Virus record (IMG/VR): IMGVR_UViG_3300033076_000638
Span: 2,887 to 66,886 of that record
DNA from: a virus
Lineage: Duplodnaviria; Caudoviricetes
Length of the DNA: 64,000 nt
Reading direction: 5' to 3' (one strand)
In this document: positions 28,014 through 37,812 of the stretch, piece by piece
How positions within the stretch are numbered: position 1 is the first letter of the stretch
Layout: each line of letters opens with the position of its first letter
Translations under genes and position numbers: made by a program
The notes under the pieces: generated by a model
What the model saw: only the letters and a program-made list of their open reading frames with translations
Databases searched by the model: none
Told to the model about the DNA's origin: nothing

Positions 28014-31000
28014 ATGGCCGCAGCCAATTCAACCCCGATTCAGTTATACTATTCAAACACCAGTGGTAACCAACCATTGGCGGCGACACTCATTCCCGGT
28101 GAATTAGCGATTAACATTAAAGATGGTAAGTTATTTTTCTTAGATGGAAATAACTCAGTCAACCTAATTGCAACTCGTGCGGCCACAATGGGTGAATTCC
28201 CAGAAGTTAGATTCACCAATGACAGTACAATTCAAGTAACTGCTGCTGCACCTTATGCATATTCTAATGCATCTTTCTTAAAAGCAAACGCTGCATATGC
28301 AAGTCAAAACACAACTGGTGTGTATGCCAACTCTGCTTTTGCACAGGCAAATACTGGTATTGCTAATGCAGGTGGCGCATCTCTATACGCCAACGGTGCT
28401 TTTGTTCAGGCAAATGCGGCTTTCATTTCTGCAAATAATAATGCACAAAGTATTACTGCACTACAAGGTGTAGACTTAACACAGAACACCAATATTACCA
28501 ATACACTGACGTTTGCTGGATATGCATTTGATAAAGCAAACACCAACGCAGGGTCAATTGTTAATCTCCAAGGCGTTGACGCAAAACAAAATACAGATAT
28601 TGCATATGCCAACACACACGCAGAGGCAGCATATGCATTTGCAAATACATTGTCTTTTGGTGATGCATACGATAGTTTTGCTAGGGCAAGTGCAGCAGCA
28701 GGACAATTACAAGCAAACTCAGCATATGCCAAAGCAAATGCAGCAGTAGCAAACACATCATCTATCATGTTGGCTGGTTCGTTGACAGTTCCTGGCCAAG
28801 CAAACGTAAATCAAAGACTTGCAGTTGGTACAGGTTCATACCAAATCTTACCTAACCTGATTGCACAATTTACTGGCACATCAGACTATTACTCACAGGT
28901 TAACCAACAAAACCTATCAGGTAAAGGTACAAGTGACTTTGTTCTGACTGCCGATAACGGCACAGACAATATTAACTATGCCGACTTTGGTATGGCAGGT
29001 AGCATCTATGATAATACCACACCAAACGCATTTAGTTTCGTAAAACCAAATGATGGTTACATGATGATTGTTGGTGATCCAGCACAAAATTATGGTGGTA
29101 ACGTATACTTTGGTACAACTGGTTCAGCAACTTATGCGGACATTGTTTTCATACAAGGATCTGGATATACTGAAGTTGCCAGATTTAAGAACGGTGATAA
29201 ATTAGAAGTCTACCGTCCTTTGGTCGCAAACAGTTTCACCACAAAAGATGGTGTAAACGTTATCACTTATACAAATACAGCCAACACATACTTACAAGGT
29301 CTTATTTCTAATAAAGTAAGTAAGTCTGGTGATACAATTACCGGTGTATTAACAATCAGCAACACAGCAAGTGCCAACGCTTTGGTTGTTACAGGTAATG
29401 TGGTTATTTCACAAGACTTACGTGTATCGGGTAACTTGTATTTGGGTGGTAATGCAACAAGTATTACATCCAACAACTTAACATTAAGTGATTCGTTAAT
29501 TTATCTTGCTGATGGAAATCCATCGGATGTTATTGATATCGGTTTTGTTGGTGCATACAATGATGGTGTATACAAACACACAGGTCTTGCACGTGACCAT
29601 TCAGATGGTAAATGGAAACTATTCAATTCTGTAACAGATGAACCAACAACAACAATCAATTTTGGTCAAGCCACATATGGCAACCTAAAAGTTGGTGGTT
29701 TAGAATCCAATACTGCAATAATCAAAGGTGTTAACCTTTTTGATTATGCAAATACAATTCACACACATGCTAACGCAGCATTCATTCGTGCAAACTCAGT
29801 TGTACAATCTGTAACTGTTGTTTCTTCTGGTAGACTAACTCAAAGTGCAACAACAGGCAACCTAACAATCGACCTGGCAACATCAGGTGTAATTGGTGGT
29901 ACATATAGTTACCCAGAAATTTCTGTTGATTCATATGGTCGTGTAACATCTATTGGTAATCAAACACCAGTTACAACATTCAATACTAGAAGTGGTGCAG
30001 TAACACTATCATCTTCTGATGTAACAACAGCACTAACATTCACACCAGAAAATGCAACATCGGCAGCGGCCAACCTTGCATTGATTGCTGGTATTAATGC
30101 ATCACAAAATACTGATATTAGTGGCGCATTGGATGCAGGTTTAACAGGTCAAGCCATTGCACTAGGTGCATTTGGTACTGCAAACTCTGCTGCATCATAT
30201 GCCAACTCAGGATTTACTGCTGCTAATTCAGCAGGTTCTTATGCAAATGCTTCTTTTGTTACTGCTAATGCTGCATACACATTATCTACTGTTGGTATTT
30301 CTCATGCTTTGGCTGCAGGAACATATGCTAATGCATCATTCCTAAAGGCCAACTCAGCGTATTCTAGTCAGAACGTAACTGGTACATATGCTAATAATGC
30401 ATATGACCAAGCAAACTCTGCTGCATCATATGCAAACAGTTCTTTTGTTAAGGCCAACTCAGCATATTTCAGTCAAAATACCACTGGTACATATGCAAAC
30501 TCTGCATTTGACAAAGCAAATGCGGCCTACATTTTGGCACAAGGTGCGTATGATACCGCTAATGCAGGTGTTACAGCTGCGTTCGCATACATTCAGGCAA
30601 ATGCATCATTCTTAAAGGCAAATTCTGCATACGAATCACAAAACGTAACAGGAACATATGCTAACTCAGCATATACACAGGCAAATACCGCAACTTCTAA
30701 TGCTGCTGGTGCCTCATTATACGCAAATGGTGCTTTCATACAAGCTAATGCTGCATACAATAGCCAGAATACTACTGGTGTATACGCTAATGCAGCATAC
30801 ACACAGGCAAATGCAGGTACAGTTTTAGCACAGGCAGCATTTGCCTTTGCAAATAATATTGCGATTGGTTCTAACTTCCTAACCACACTTGCATATAAAG
30901 TGGATAGTTTTGTTGGTAATGGTACTACAACAAGTTTTGTTCTTGCTGATGCTCCAGTTGGTGCAAACAATATCAGTATCAACTATAACGGTGCAACAGT

Positions 31001-32063
31001 ATTAAAGAGTGACTTTACTCTTGTAAACAAGACAGTAACATTCTCTAGTCCACCAGCAAACAACGCTAAGATAGAAATTACTACTGCTGTACCATTGGTG
31101 AATGAAAGTTATTTCAGTAACTCTACCATTTCTATACAATTTGCCAACGACAATTCCAACTCTGCATACATTCATGCTAATGCTGCATATACACAGGCAA
31201 ACTCTACAATTGGTGCAGCTGCAGGTCCATCGTTGTATGCAAATGGTGCCTTCATACAAGCTAATGCTGCATATACACAAGCCAATACTGCAACTACTAA
31301 TGCATTGGCTGGTAGTTCTTATGCAAACTCTGCATTTGCTAAAGCTAATACGGCTGCAAATGATGGTGCAGGTGCTTCTCTGTATGCCAACGGTGCTTTT
31401 GTTCAGGCAAATGCGGCATACTCTAGTCAAAATACTACTGGCACATACGCCAATTCGGCATTCACACAGGCAAATACTGGTGTAACTAATTCTGCGATTG
31501 CTGACAGTAAAGCTGTCACAGCAGGTTCATATGCAAACTCATCATTTGCTGTTGCTAACTCTGCATCACTATATGCCAACGGTGCATTTATAAAAGCCAA
31601 CTCGGCATATGCAGCAGTCAATGCAATCACAACATCTATACAATCAGCTAACGTTGTTGCATCTAGTGTATATACAGGCAACTTATTTGTTACTGGTTGG
31701 ACAACACTAACAGAAACAACAGAACTGTTGACAACAAAAACTGGTGGTACAGGAACAGTTGTACACGACTTGAATGATGGTACAATTTTCTACCACAGTT
31801 CTATTGCAGCGAACATGACTGCAAACTTCACAAACGTACCAACAACAAACGAAAGAACCACTTCTGTCGCTTTGATTTTGGAACAAGGAGCTTCACCATT
31901 CCATGCAAGTGTTGTGCAAATTGATGGTACTCCACAAACAATTAAATGGTTGAACAACCAAACACCAACATTATATCCTAACAAAACACAAATAGAAACA
32001 TTCACATTGATTAGAGTTGGTAACGCATGGGTCGTTACTGGTCAAATGGCTACTTATGGTTAA
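28014..32063 (+). CDS. Large fibre protein with AN-x-A heptad stalks and multiple inserted domains
   Basis: N-terminus IQLYYSNTSGNQP..LIPGELAINIKDGKLFF; repeats; VDSYGRVT; GNGTTTSF beta-sandwich; C-terminal fibre-end domain (LILEQG..IKWLNNQTP). Confidence 0.8.
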   Translation: MAAANSTPIQLYYSNTSGNQPLAATLIPGELAINIKDGKLFFLDGNNSVNLIATRAATMGEFPEVRFTNDSTIQVTAAAPYAYSNASFLKANAAYASQNTTGVYANSAFAQANTGIANAGGASLYANGAFVQANAAFISANNNAQSITALQGVDLTQNTNITNTLTFAGYAFDKANTNAGSIVNLQGVDAKQNTDIAYANTHAEAAYAFANTLSFGDAYDSFARASAAAGQLQANSAYAKANAAVANTSSIMLAGSLTVPGQANVNQRLAVGTGSYQILPNLIAQFTGTSDYYSQVNQQNLSGKGTSDFVLTADNGTDNINYADFGMAGSIYDNTTPNAFSFVKPNDGYMMIVGDPAQNYGGNVYFGTTGSATYADIVFIQGSGYTEVARFKNGDKLEVYRPLVANSFTTKDGVNVITYTNTANTYLQGLISNKVSKSGDTITGVLTISNTASANALVVTGNVVISQDLRVSGNLYLGGNATSITSNNLTLSDSLIYLADGNPSDVIDIGFVGAYNDGVYKHTGLARDHSDGKWKLFNSVTDEPTTTINFGQATYGNLKVGGLESNTAIIKGVNLFDYANTIHTHANAAFIRANSVVQSVTVVSSGRLTQSATTGNLTIDLATSGVIGGTYSYPEISVDSYGRVTSIGNQTPVTTFNTRSGAVTLSSSDVTTALTFTPENATSAAANLALIAGINASQNTDISGALDAGLTGQAIALGAFGTANSAASYANSGFTAANSAGSYANASFVTANAAYTLSTVGISHALAAGTYANASFLKANSAYSSQNVTGTYANNAYDQANSAASYANSSFVKANSAYFSQNTTGTYANSAFDKANAAYILAQGAYDTANAGVTAAFAYIQANASFLKANSAYESQNVTGTYANSAYTQANTATSNAAGASLYANGAFIQANAAYNSQNTTGVYANAAYTQANAGTVLAQAAFAFANNIAIGSNFLTTLAYKVDSFVGNGTTTSFVLADAPVGANNISINYNGATVLKSDFTLVNKTVTFSSPPANNAKIEITTAVPLVNESYFSNSTISIQFANDNSNSAYIHANAAYTQANSTIGAAAGPSLYANGAFIQANAAYTQANTATTNALAGSSYANSAFAKANTAANDGAGASLYANGAFVQANAAYSSQNTTGTYANSAFTQANTGVTNSAIADSKAVTAGSYANSSFAVANSASLYANGAFIKANSAYAAVNAITTSIQSANVVASSVYTGNLFVTGWTTLTETTELLTTKTGGTGTVVHDLNDGTIFYHSSIAANMTANFTNVPTTNERTTSVALILEQGASPFHASVVQIDGTPQTIKWLNNQTPTLYPNKTQIETFTLIRVGNAWVVTGQMATYG

Positions 32064-32065
32064 TT

Positions 32066-34939
32066 ATGGAAAGAATAAGTTCAATATTTTCACCCACTAT
32101 TGTTGCAGCTTCTATACAGAAAGCATTTGAATATCCAATTGTTGGCGAAGAAATAGTTACTGCTCCTGGTTTATATTACTGGACATGTCCAGAAGGTGTG
32201 TATTCCGTTTCTGTTGTTTGTATTGGTGGTGGCGGTGGTGGTTATGGTGGTGCAACGAACTCTGCAACAGGTGGAGGTGGTGGTGCATTAGCATACAAAA
32301 ATACCTTTCCTGTTATTCCCGGAGTAGATTACTACTTACAAGTTGGTGCTGGTGGTTATACATCAAGTACTGGTACACGTATGTTAGCATCCAACAGTTG
32401 GTTTAGTAGTGAAAGTGATGTGTTTGCTGAAAGAGGACAATTCGGAAGAACTGCCACAGGCACATCAACAGTTCAGGGTATACCACAAGGCGGATTTGGT
32501 GGTCAAATTTATATTGGTGATGGCGGTGGACCAGGAGGAAACTCAGGCACACCATCGACTGCATCTACATTCACTGGTGGTTTAGGTGGCGGTGGTGCAG
32601 GTGGTTACTCTGGTGCTGGTGGTAATGGTGGTACAGCAAACGCTACAATAGGTAGTAGTGGTACAGCAGGTTCTGGTGGCGGTGGAGGTGGAGGTGCAGG
32701 TGCTGCGTCAGTTGGTGGTGGTGCAGGCGGTGGTGTTGGTGTATATGGTCAAGGAACATCAGGTGCTGCGGGTATAGGTGGATTGGGCGGAAATGATCCA
32801 CTAAGAGCTGGTCAACCAGGTTCAAATGGTCTACCTATGGTTGCTAACACAGTAGGCACAACAATTTATAACATTGGTGGTGCTTATGGTGGTGGTGGAG
32901 GCGGCGGCCAAACATATCATGGTAGAGGTGCCAATGGTGCAATTCGTATTATATGGCCAGGAGATTTTAGAACATTTCCTTCACAGAATTTACAATCACA
33001 TTCTGTGACACAGAATTATCAATATGCAAATTTGCAAATGGGTTATGCTGTATCCTTACAACCAGTTTCCATTTCAGGAAATATCGGTCCGGTAACATAC
33101 TCAATCACACCATCCATACCAGCAAACACCAACATAACATTCAACTCAAGCACAGGTATACTTTCTGGTAATGCAACAAATGGTTATACAGAAACAGTAC
33201 ACACAATATCAACAGTAGATTCTGTTGGACAATCATCATCAAACACATTAATAATTTCTATTGGTGCACCATCAAACCAAATTGTTTTTGCTGGTAATCC
33301 TGGTGGAACACAATACAGTACATTACAAACAACATGGACTGTTCCTGCAAACGTATATTCTATTAGTATGATAACAGTTGGTTGTGGTGGTAGTACATTA
33401 ATTGAAGCTAACGGATATTCTTCTGTATCTGGCGCAGGTGGCGGCGGCACAGCTTTTGTAAATAATTATAAAGTTGCACCAGGACAAGTATTGGATATTT
33501 ACATTGATAAACCAAAAATTGGTTATAATGAGGTGTCACAGGGAACAAGTATTAGTTATAATGGCACAACAATATGTAAGGCGAGTTCAGGTTCAAATCC
33601 GAGTTCCTATTATACAGGATCTGGTGTAGGTGGAACGTTTCAAGTTGGTGAATATGGATACACCGGTGGTTCAGGTGGAACATCAACAACAGGACCTTAT
33701 AAAGCTGGTGGAGGAGGAACCGCAGGGTATGCGGGTAATGGCGGTGCTGGCGGCACACCACTAACAGGCGGCAGTAGCGCAGCGACCGGCAGCGGTGGCG
33801 GTGGCGGCGGTGCACCATCAAACGTTACGACCGCAGCTGGTCTTGGCGGTGGGGGCGGAGGCATTGGTTTACAAGGTAAAGGTGCAAACGGAGGTGGATC
33901 AAGTTATATAGCTGGTACAAACGCTGCGATGCACGGAAGAAATGGTTCTTACAGGGGTGATATCGTACAACTTGAAAGTACAAACCTTGGTGGTGATTAT
34001 GGTGGTGGTGCCGGTGGTGCTCTTTACAGCAGTTTGAATTCTGGAACTTACGGTGGTCCAGGCGCTATTAGAATTATGTGGCCCGGAACTTTAAGAAGAT
34101 ATGATGCAAACACTCGTACAGAAGATACTAAACCATTAGGTCAAGTAGAGTTTACAACATACGGAACATACACATGGACATGTCCTGAAGGTGTATATTC
34201 TGTTTCTGCTGTTTGTATTGGTGCTGGTGGCACCGCATCATCTAGTCAATTTGGTGTTGTTGCACCATATGCCGGTGGCGGTGGTGGCCTCGGTTACAAG
34301 AATAACATTCCTGTTGTTCCAGGTCAATCATACACAATTCAAGTCGGCAGGCGTGGTGAATGGGTTGCAAACAGTTATCCTTTAGCCAGCACAAATTCAT
34401 GGTTTATGTCAGCAACAACTGTTGCGGGTATTGCAGGTGGTGCTGCTGGCGGAACTCTATGTCGTATTGGTGGTTCTTATATTGGTGATGGTGGAGGCAA
34501 CGGTGGCAATGGTGGTATTGGTACCGCTGGACAAGGTGGTGCTGGCGGCGGCGGTGCAGGTGGTTATTCTGGCACAGGCGGAGCAGGCGGAACATCCGGT
34601 TCATCATCAGGTACCAATGGCTCTGGCGGTGGCGGTGGCGGTGGTGCTGGTTATTTTGGTGGCAACGCACTACGAAATATTGGCGGCAACGGTGGTGGAA
34701 CTGGATTACAAGGTCAAGGCACTAATGGTGTTGGTGGATCAGGTTTCACTACAAGCGGAACTTCACCCAACATATATTATTATGCAAACAATGCTACCGC
34801 TGGTTCGGGTGGAGTAGGTAAATCATATGGTGGTGGTGGTAATTCATATGCTGGTTATGGCGGTGATGGCGCAGTTAGATTAATTTGGCCAGGTGACCAA
34901 AGACAGTTCCCAGCAACCAGAACAGCTGATGAATTTTAA
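32066..34939 (+). CDS. Glycine-rich (polyglycine-II-type) adhesin-like protein with three Gly-rich domains and one Ig-like domain
   Basis: Likely start is ATG 32066, just after the upstream stop, not 32027. Three units run from WT[CV]P..VYS[VI]S...G.GG; units 1 and 3 end GA[IV]R[IL]IWPG and unit 2 ends GAIRIMWPG. Confidence 0.8.
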   Translation: MERISSIFSPTIVAASIQKAFEYPIVGEEIVTAPGLYYWTCPEGVYSVSVVCIGGGGGGYGGATNSATGGGGGALAYKNTFPVIPGVDYYLQVGAGGYTSSTGTRMLASNSWFSSESDVFAERGQFGRTATGTSTVQGIPQGGFGGQIYIGDGGGPGGNSGTPSTASTFTGGLGGGGAGGYSGAGGNGGTANATIGSSGTAGSGGGGGGGAGAASVGGGAGGGVGVYGQGTSGAAGIGGLGGNDPLRAGQPGSNGLPMVANTVGTTIYNIGGAYGGGGGGGQTYHGRGANGAIRIIWPGDFRTFPSQNLQSHSVTQNYQYANLQMGYAVSLQPVSISGNIGPVTYSITPSIPANTNITFNSSTGILSGNATNGYTETVHTISTVDSVGQSSSNTLIISIGAPSNQIVFAGNPGGTQYSTLQTTWTVPANVYSISMITVGCGGSTLIEANGYSSVSGAGGGGTAFVNNYKVAPGQVLDIYIDKPKIGYNEVSQGTSISYNGTTICKASSGSNPSSYYTGSGVGGTFQVGEYGYTGGSGGTSTTGPYKAGGGGTAGYAGNGGAGGTPLTGGSSAATGSGGGGGGAPSNVTTAAGLGGGGGGIGLQGKGANGGGSSYIAGTNAAMHGRNGSYRGDIVQLESTNLGGDYGGGAGGALYSSLNSGTYGGPGAIRIMWPGTLRRYDANTRTEDTKPLGQVEFTTYGTYTWTCPEGVYSVSAVCIGAGGTASSSQFGVVAPYAGGGGGLGYKNNIPVVPGQSYTIQVGRRGEWVANSYPLASTNSWFMSATTVAGIAGGAAGGTLCRIGGSYIGDGGGNGGNGGIGTAGQGGAGGGGAGGYSGTGGAGGTSGSSSGTNGSGGGGGGGAGYFGGNALRNIGGNGGGTGLQGQGTNGVGGSGFTTSGTSPNIYYYANNATAGSGGVGKSYGGGGNSYAGYGGDGAVRLIWPGDQRQFPATRTADEF

Positions 34940-34946
34940 CTAAATA
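34939..34946 (+). promoter_or_regulatory. Late promoter (ACTAAATA)
   Basis: TAAATA core upstream of ATG 34971. Confidence 0.5.
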
Positions 34947-34970
34947 TTAGATAACTATAAGAACAGATAA

Positions 34971-37799
34971 ATGTCAATCACCCAATTACAACCGTTTAAC
35001 TTAGATAGCACCAAAGACTATTCATTAGCAAACGTTAGTGCTAATAATATTGTTGCAACAGGAAACATTTTGTTCTCTGGTGCAAATGTTTCTTTGGGTT
35101 CTATTGCTAACGTACACATTACTGGTGGTAGTTCAGGTCAAATACTACAAACAGATGGTGCAGGCAATTTAACATTTGTTAATAATACATCCGATACATC
35201 AACATCTGCTGCAGCATATGCCAATGGTGCATTTGTTCAGGCTAATGGTGCATTTATCAAAGCAAACACAGCAACTTCTGATGCAGCTGGTGCTTCACTA
35301 TACGCCAACGGTGCGTTCATACAAGCTAATGCTGCATATTCTAGTCAGAACGTAACTGGTGCATATGCCAATAATGCATATGCACAGGCTAATACAGCAA
35401 CATCTGATGCAGCTGGTGCTTCTTTGTATGCCAACGGTGCATTTATTGCAGCCAATACCAATGCAACCAACATCACTGCATTGCAGGGTGTAAATCTTAC
35501 ACAAAATACAAACATAACTGTTGCAAATACCAATGCAATTGCAGCTGGTTCATATGCAAATTCTTCTTTCATACATGCCAATGCGGCATTTGAATTCGCA
35601 AATGCACTATCAGGTGGTACCGCAACAGACGGATTGGCTAGAGCAACTGCATCTGCTGCACTAACGGCAGCTAATGCGGCCTACAATCAAGCCAATACAG
35701 CCACAACCAATGCCGCAACAGCAGATTCCAAAGCTTTAAGTGCAGGTAGTTATGCCAACTCCGCTTTTAGTGTTGCAAATACTGCCGCAGTAAATGCACT
35801 ATCGGCAGGTTCATATGCCAATGCAGCCTTTATTGCTGCAAACAATGCAGGTTCAAGTACAACAGTTGTTGCCGCTTTCATACAAGCAAACTCAGCATTT
35901 ACAAAAGCAAATGATGCGTGGACATTGGCAAACACCGCAAACAACACCGCAACAGGTGCAGATGGTAAAGCCGTTGTATCAGGATCATATGCCAACTCAG
36001 CATACATTCACGCAAATGCCGCATTTGCCTTTGCAAATACAATTGTAAGTGATACACAAATTGATCCTTTTGCAAGACAACATGCAAATGATGCCTTCTT
36101 GCAGGCAAATGCATCATATACACAGGCAAACACAGCTACAACCAACGCAGAAACGGCAGATAGTAAGGCGGTAACAGCTGGTTCATACGCCAACTCTGCA
36201 TATTTACAGGCCAATACAGCCACAAGTAATGCAGCAACAGCAGACGGTAAGGCTGTTACTGCTGGTCAATATGCCAATTCAGCATACACTCAGGCAAATA
36301 CAGCTACAACCAACGCAGCAACAGCCGATTCTAAAGCAGTAAGTGCAGGCACATATGCTAACGGCGCATTTATACAAGCCAATAGTGCAATAACAAATGC
36401 TTTGGCAGCAAGCACATATGCCAACGGTGCTTTCTTACAAGCAAACACAGCTACAACTAATGCATCTGTGGCTGATTCTAAAGCAACTTCTGCTGGTGTA
36501 TATGCCAATGGTGCTTTCTTACAAGCCAATACTGCGGTAACAAATGCAGCGACTGCGGATAGTAAAGCGGTATCAGCTGGTTCTTATGCCAACTCAGCAT
36601 ACACTCAGGCAAATACATCTACGACAAATGCATTGGCAGCAAGTACATATGCCAACGGTGCATTTATACAAGCAAACACATCAATCAGTAATGCGGCTGG
36701 TGCATCTTTGTATGCAAATGCTGCATTTGCAACTGCAAATAGTAAGGTATATACCTTCTACCAAAATACTGCACCAACTACCGCAAATTCATACGACCAA
36801 TGGGTGAATAGTGATAATGGTATCAAGTATCAAAATCTAAATGGATCGCCTCCATTGTGGGTGGAATTGGGTCCAACAACTGTTACAACAGAATCACCTG
36901 TTGCACAAGGTGCATATGACAAGGCAAATATAGCATCATCACAGGCAGTAACAGCTGGTTCTTATGCTAACTCAGCATATGGTGTGGCAAACTCAGGTGC
37001 ATTGTATGCCAACTCCGCTTTCACAAAGGCAAATGCAGCATTCACTTATGCAAATACATCAATAACTACATCAGGTGGTTCAATTACTGGTCGTTTGAAC
37101 GTAACATTTACACCTGTAACAACTCAAAACGTTGCGACAGTTATCACCGCTGCGAACACTAAAGGTGGCGCAGGTTATGCAGACGTAATCCAAATAACCA
37201 ATTCATCTGGTGGTGCAACAAATATAAACAAATACATTCGTTTAGGTCCTACCGGAACACTTGAAATTATTAATAGTGGTTATACAGGTATGCCATTTGT
37301 TTTGACTGATAGTGGTGACTTAACTGTTAGTGGTAATGTGTTTGCAAGCGGTGCAAAATCAGGATATTCTTCTGGTCGACCTGGTTTCCGTGTATATGGT
37401 TCTGGCACATCATCACATGGCACCGGAGTCAATACTGGAGGTTACTTAAATAGTAATCAATGGACAGTAGATTTTAATCAAGGATCATACCTAAATGGTA
37501 CAACAGGTGTATTTACTGCACCTGTTGCTGGTTTATATCAAGTTAACGTAGTAGCTCGTAATGCAGGTAACACAGGTTCTATTAGTCAAATAGTCGTAAT
37601 AAAAAATGCAACAGGTGGTAACGGAAATGGTGGAACAATTGTTGTGATGATTGAATTTGCTGCAAGTTCTACGATGAATCACACTGGTGGTGGTACTTGT
37701 TTACAATTGGCTGCTGGTGATACACTCGTCTTAAAGGTGGCAGCAGGCACCATTCAATTTGACAGCAACGACAACTGGTCAGTAGCATACATAGGTTAA
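34971..37799 (+). CDS. Fibre protein: AN-x-A heptad stalk plus C-terminal C1q/TNF-like head
   Basis: Dense 21/28-aa repeats. C-terminus PGFRVY..FNQGSYLNGTTGVFTAPVAGLYQV..LQLAAGDTLVLKV matches the C1q pattern. Confidence 0.8.
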   Translation: MSITQLQPFNLDSTKDYSLANVSANNIVATGNILFSGANVSLGSIANVHITGGSSGQILQTDGAGNLTFVNNTSDTSTSAAAYANGAFVQANGAFIKANTATSDAAGASLYANGAFIQANAAYSSQNVTGAYANNAYAQANTATSDAAGASLYANGAFIAANTNATNITALQGVNLTQNTNITVANTNAIAAGSYANSSFIHANAAFEFANALSGGTATDGLARATASAALTAANAAYNQANTATTNAATADSKALSAGSYANSAFSVANTAAVNALSAGSYANAAFIAANNAGSSTTVVAAFIQANSAFTKANDAWTLANTANNTATGADGKAVVSGSYANSAYIHANAAFAFANTIVSDTQIDPFARQHANDAFLQANASYTQANTATTNAETADSKAVTAGSYANSAYLQANTATSNAATADGKAVTAGQYANSAYTQANTATTNAATADSKAVSAGTYANGAFIQANSAITNALAASTYANGAFLQANTATTNASVADSKATSAGVYANGAFLQANTAVTNAATADSKAVSAGSYANSAYTQANTSTTNALAASTYANGAFIQANTSISNAAGASLYANAAFATANSKVYTFYQNTAPTTANSYDQWVNSDNGIKYQNLNGSPPLWVELGPTTVTTESPVAQGAYDKANIASSQAVTAGSYANSAYGVANSGALYANSAFTKANAAFTYANTSITTSGGSITGRLNVTFTPVTTQNVATVITAANTKGGAGYADVIQITNSSGGATNINKYIRLGPTGTLEIINSGYTGMPFVLTDSGDLTVSGNVFASGAKSGYSSGRPGFRVYGSGTSSHGTGVNTGGYLNSNQWTVDFNQGSYLNGTTGVFTAPVAGLYQVNVVARNAGNTGSISQIVVIKNATGGNGNGGTIVVMIEFAASSTMNHTGGGTCLQLAAGDTLVLKVAAGTIQFDSNDNWSVAYIG

Positions 37800-37812
37800 A
37801 GAGAAAACAATA

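Noticed and set aside
32027-32065. Track starts at 32027 and 53024
   Set aside because: Both overlap the upstream gene. In-frame ATGs at 32066 and 53039 lie just after the upstream stops and are more plausible.
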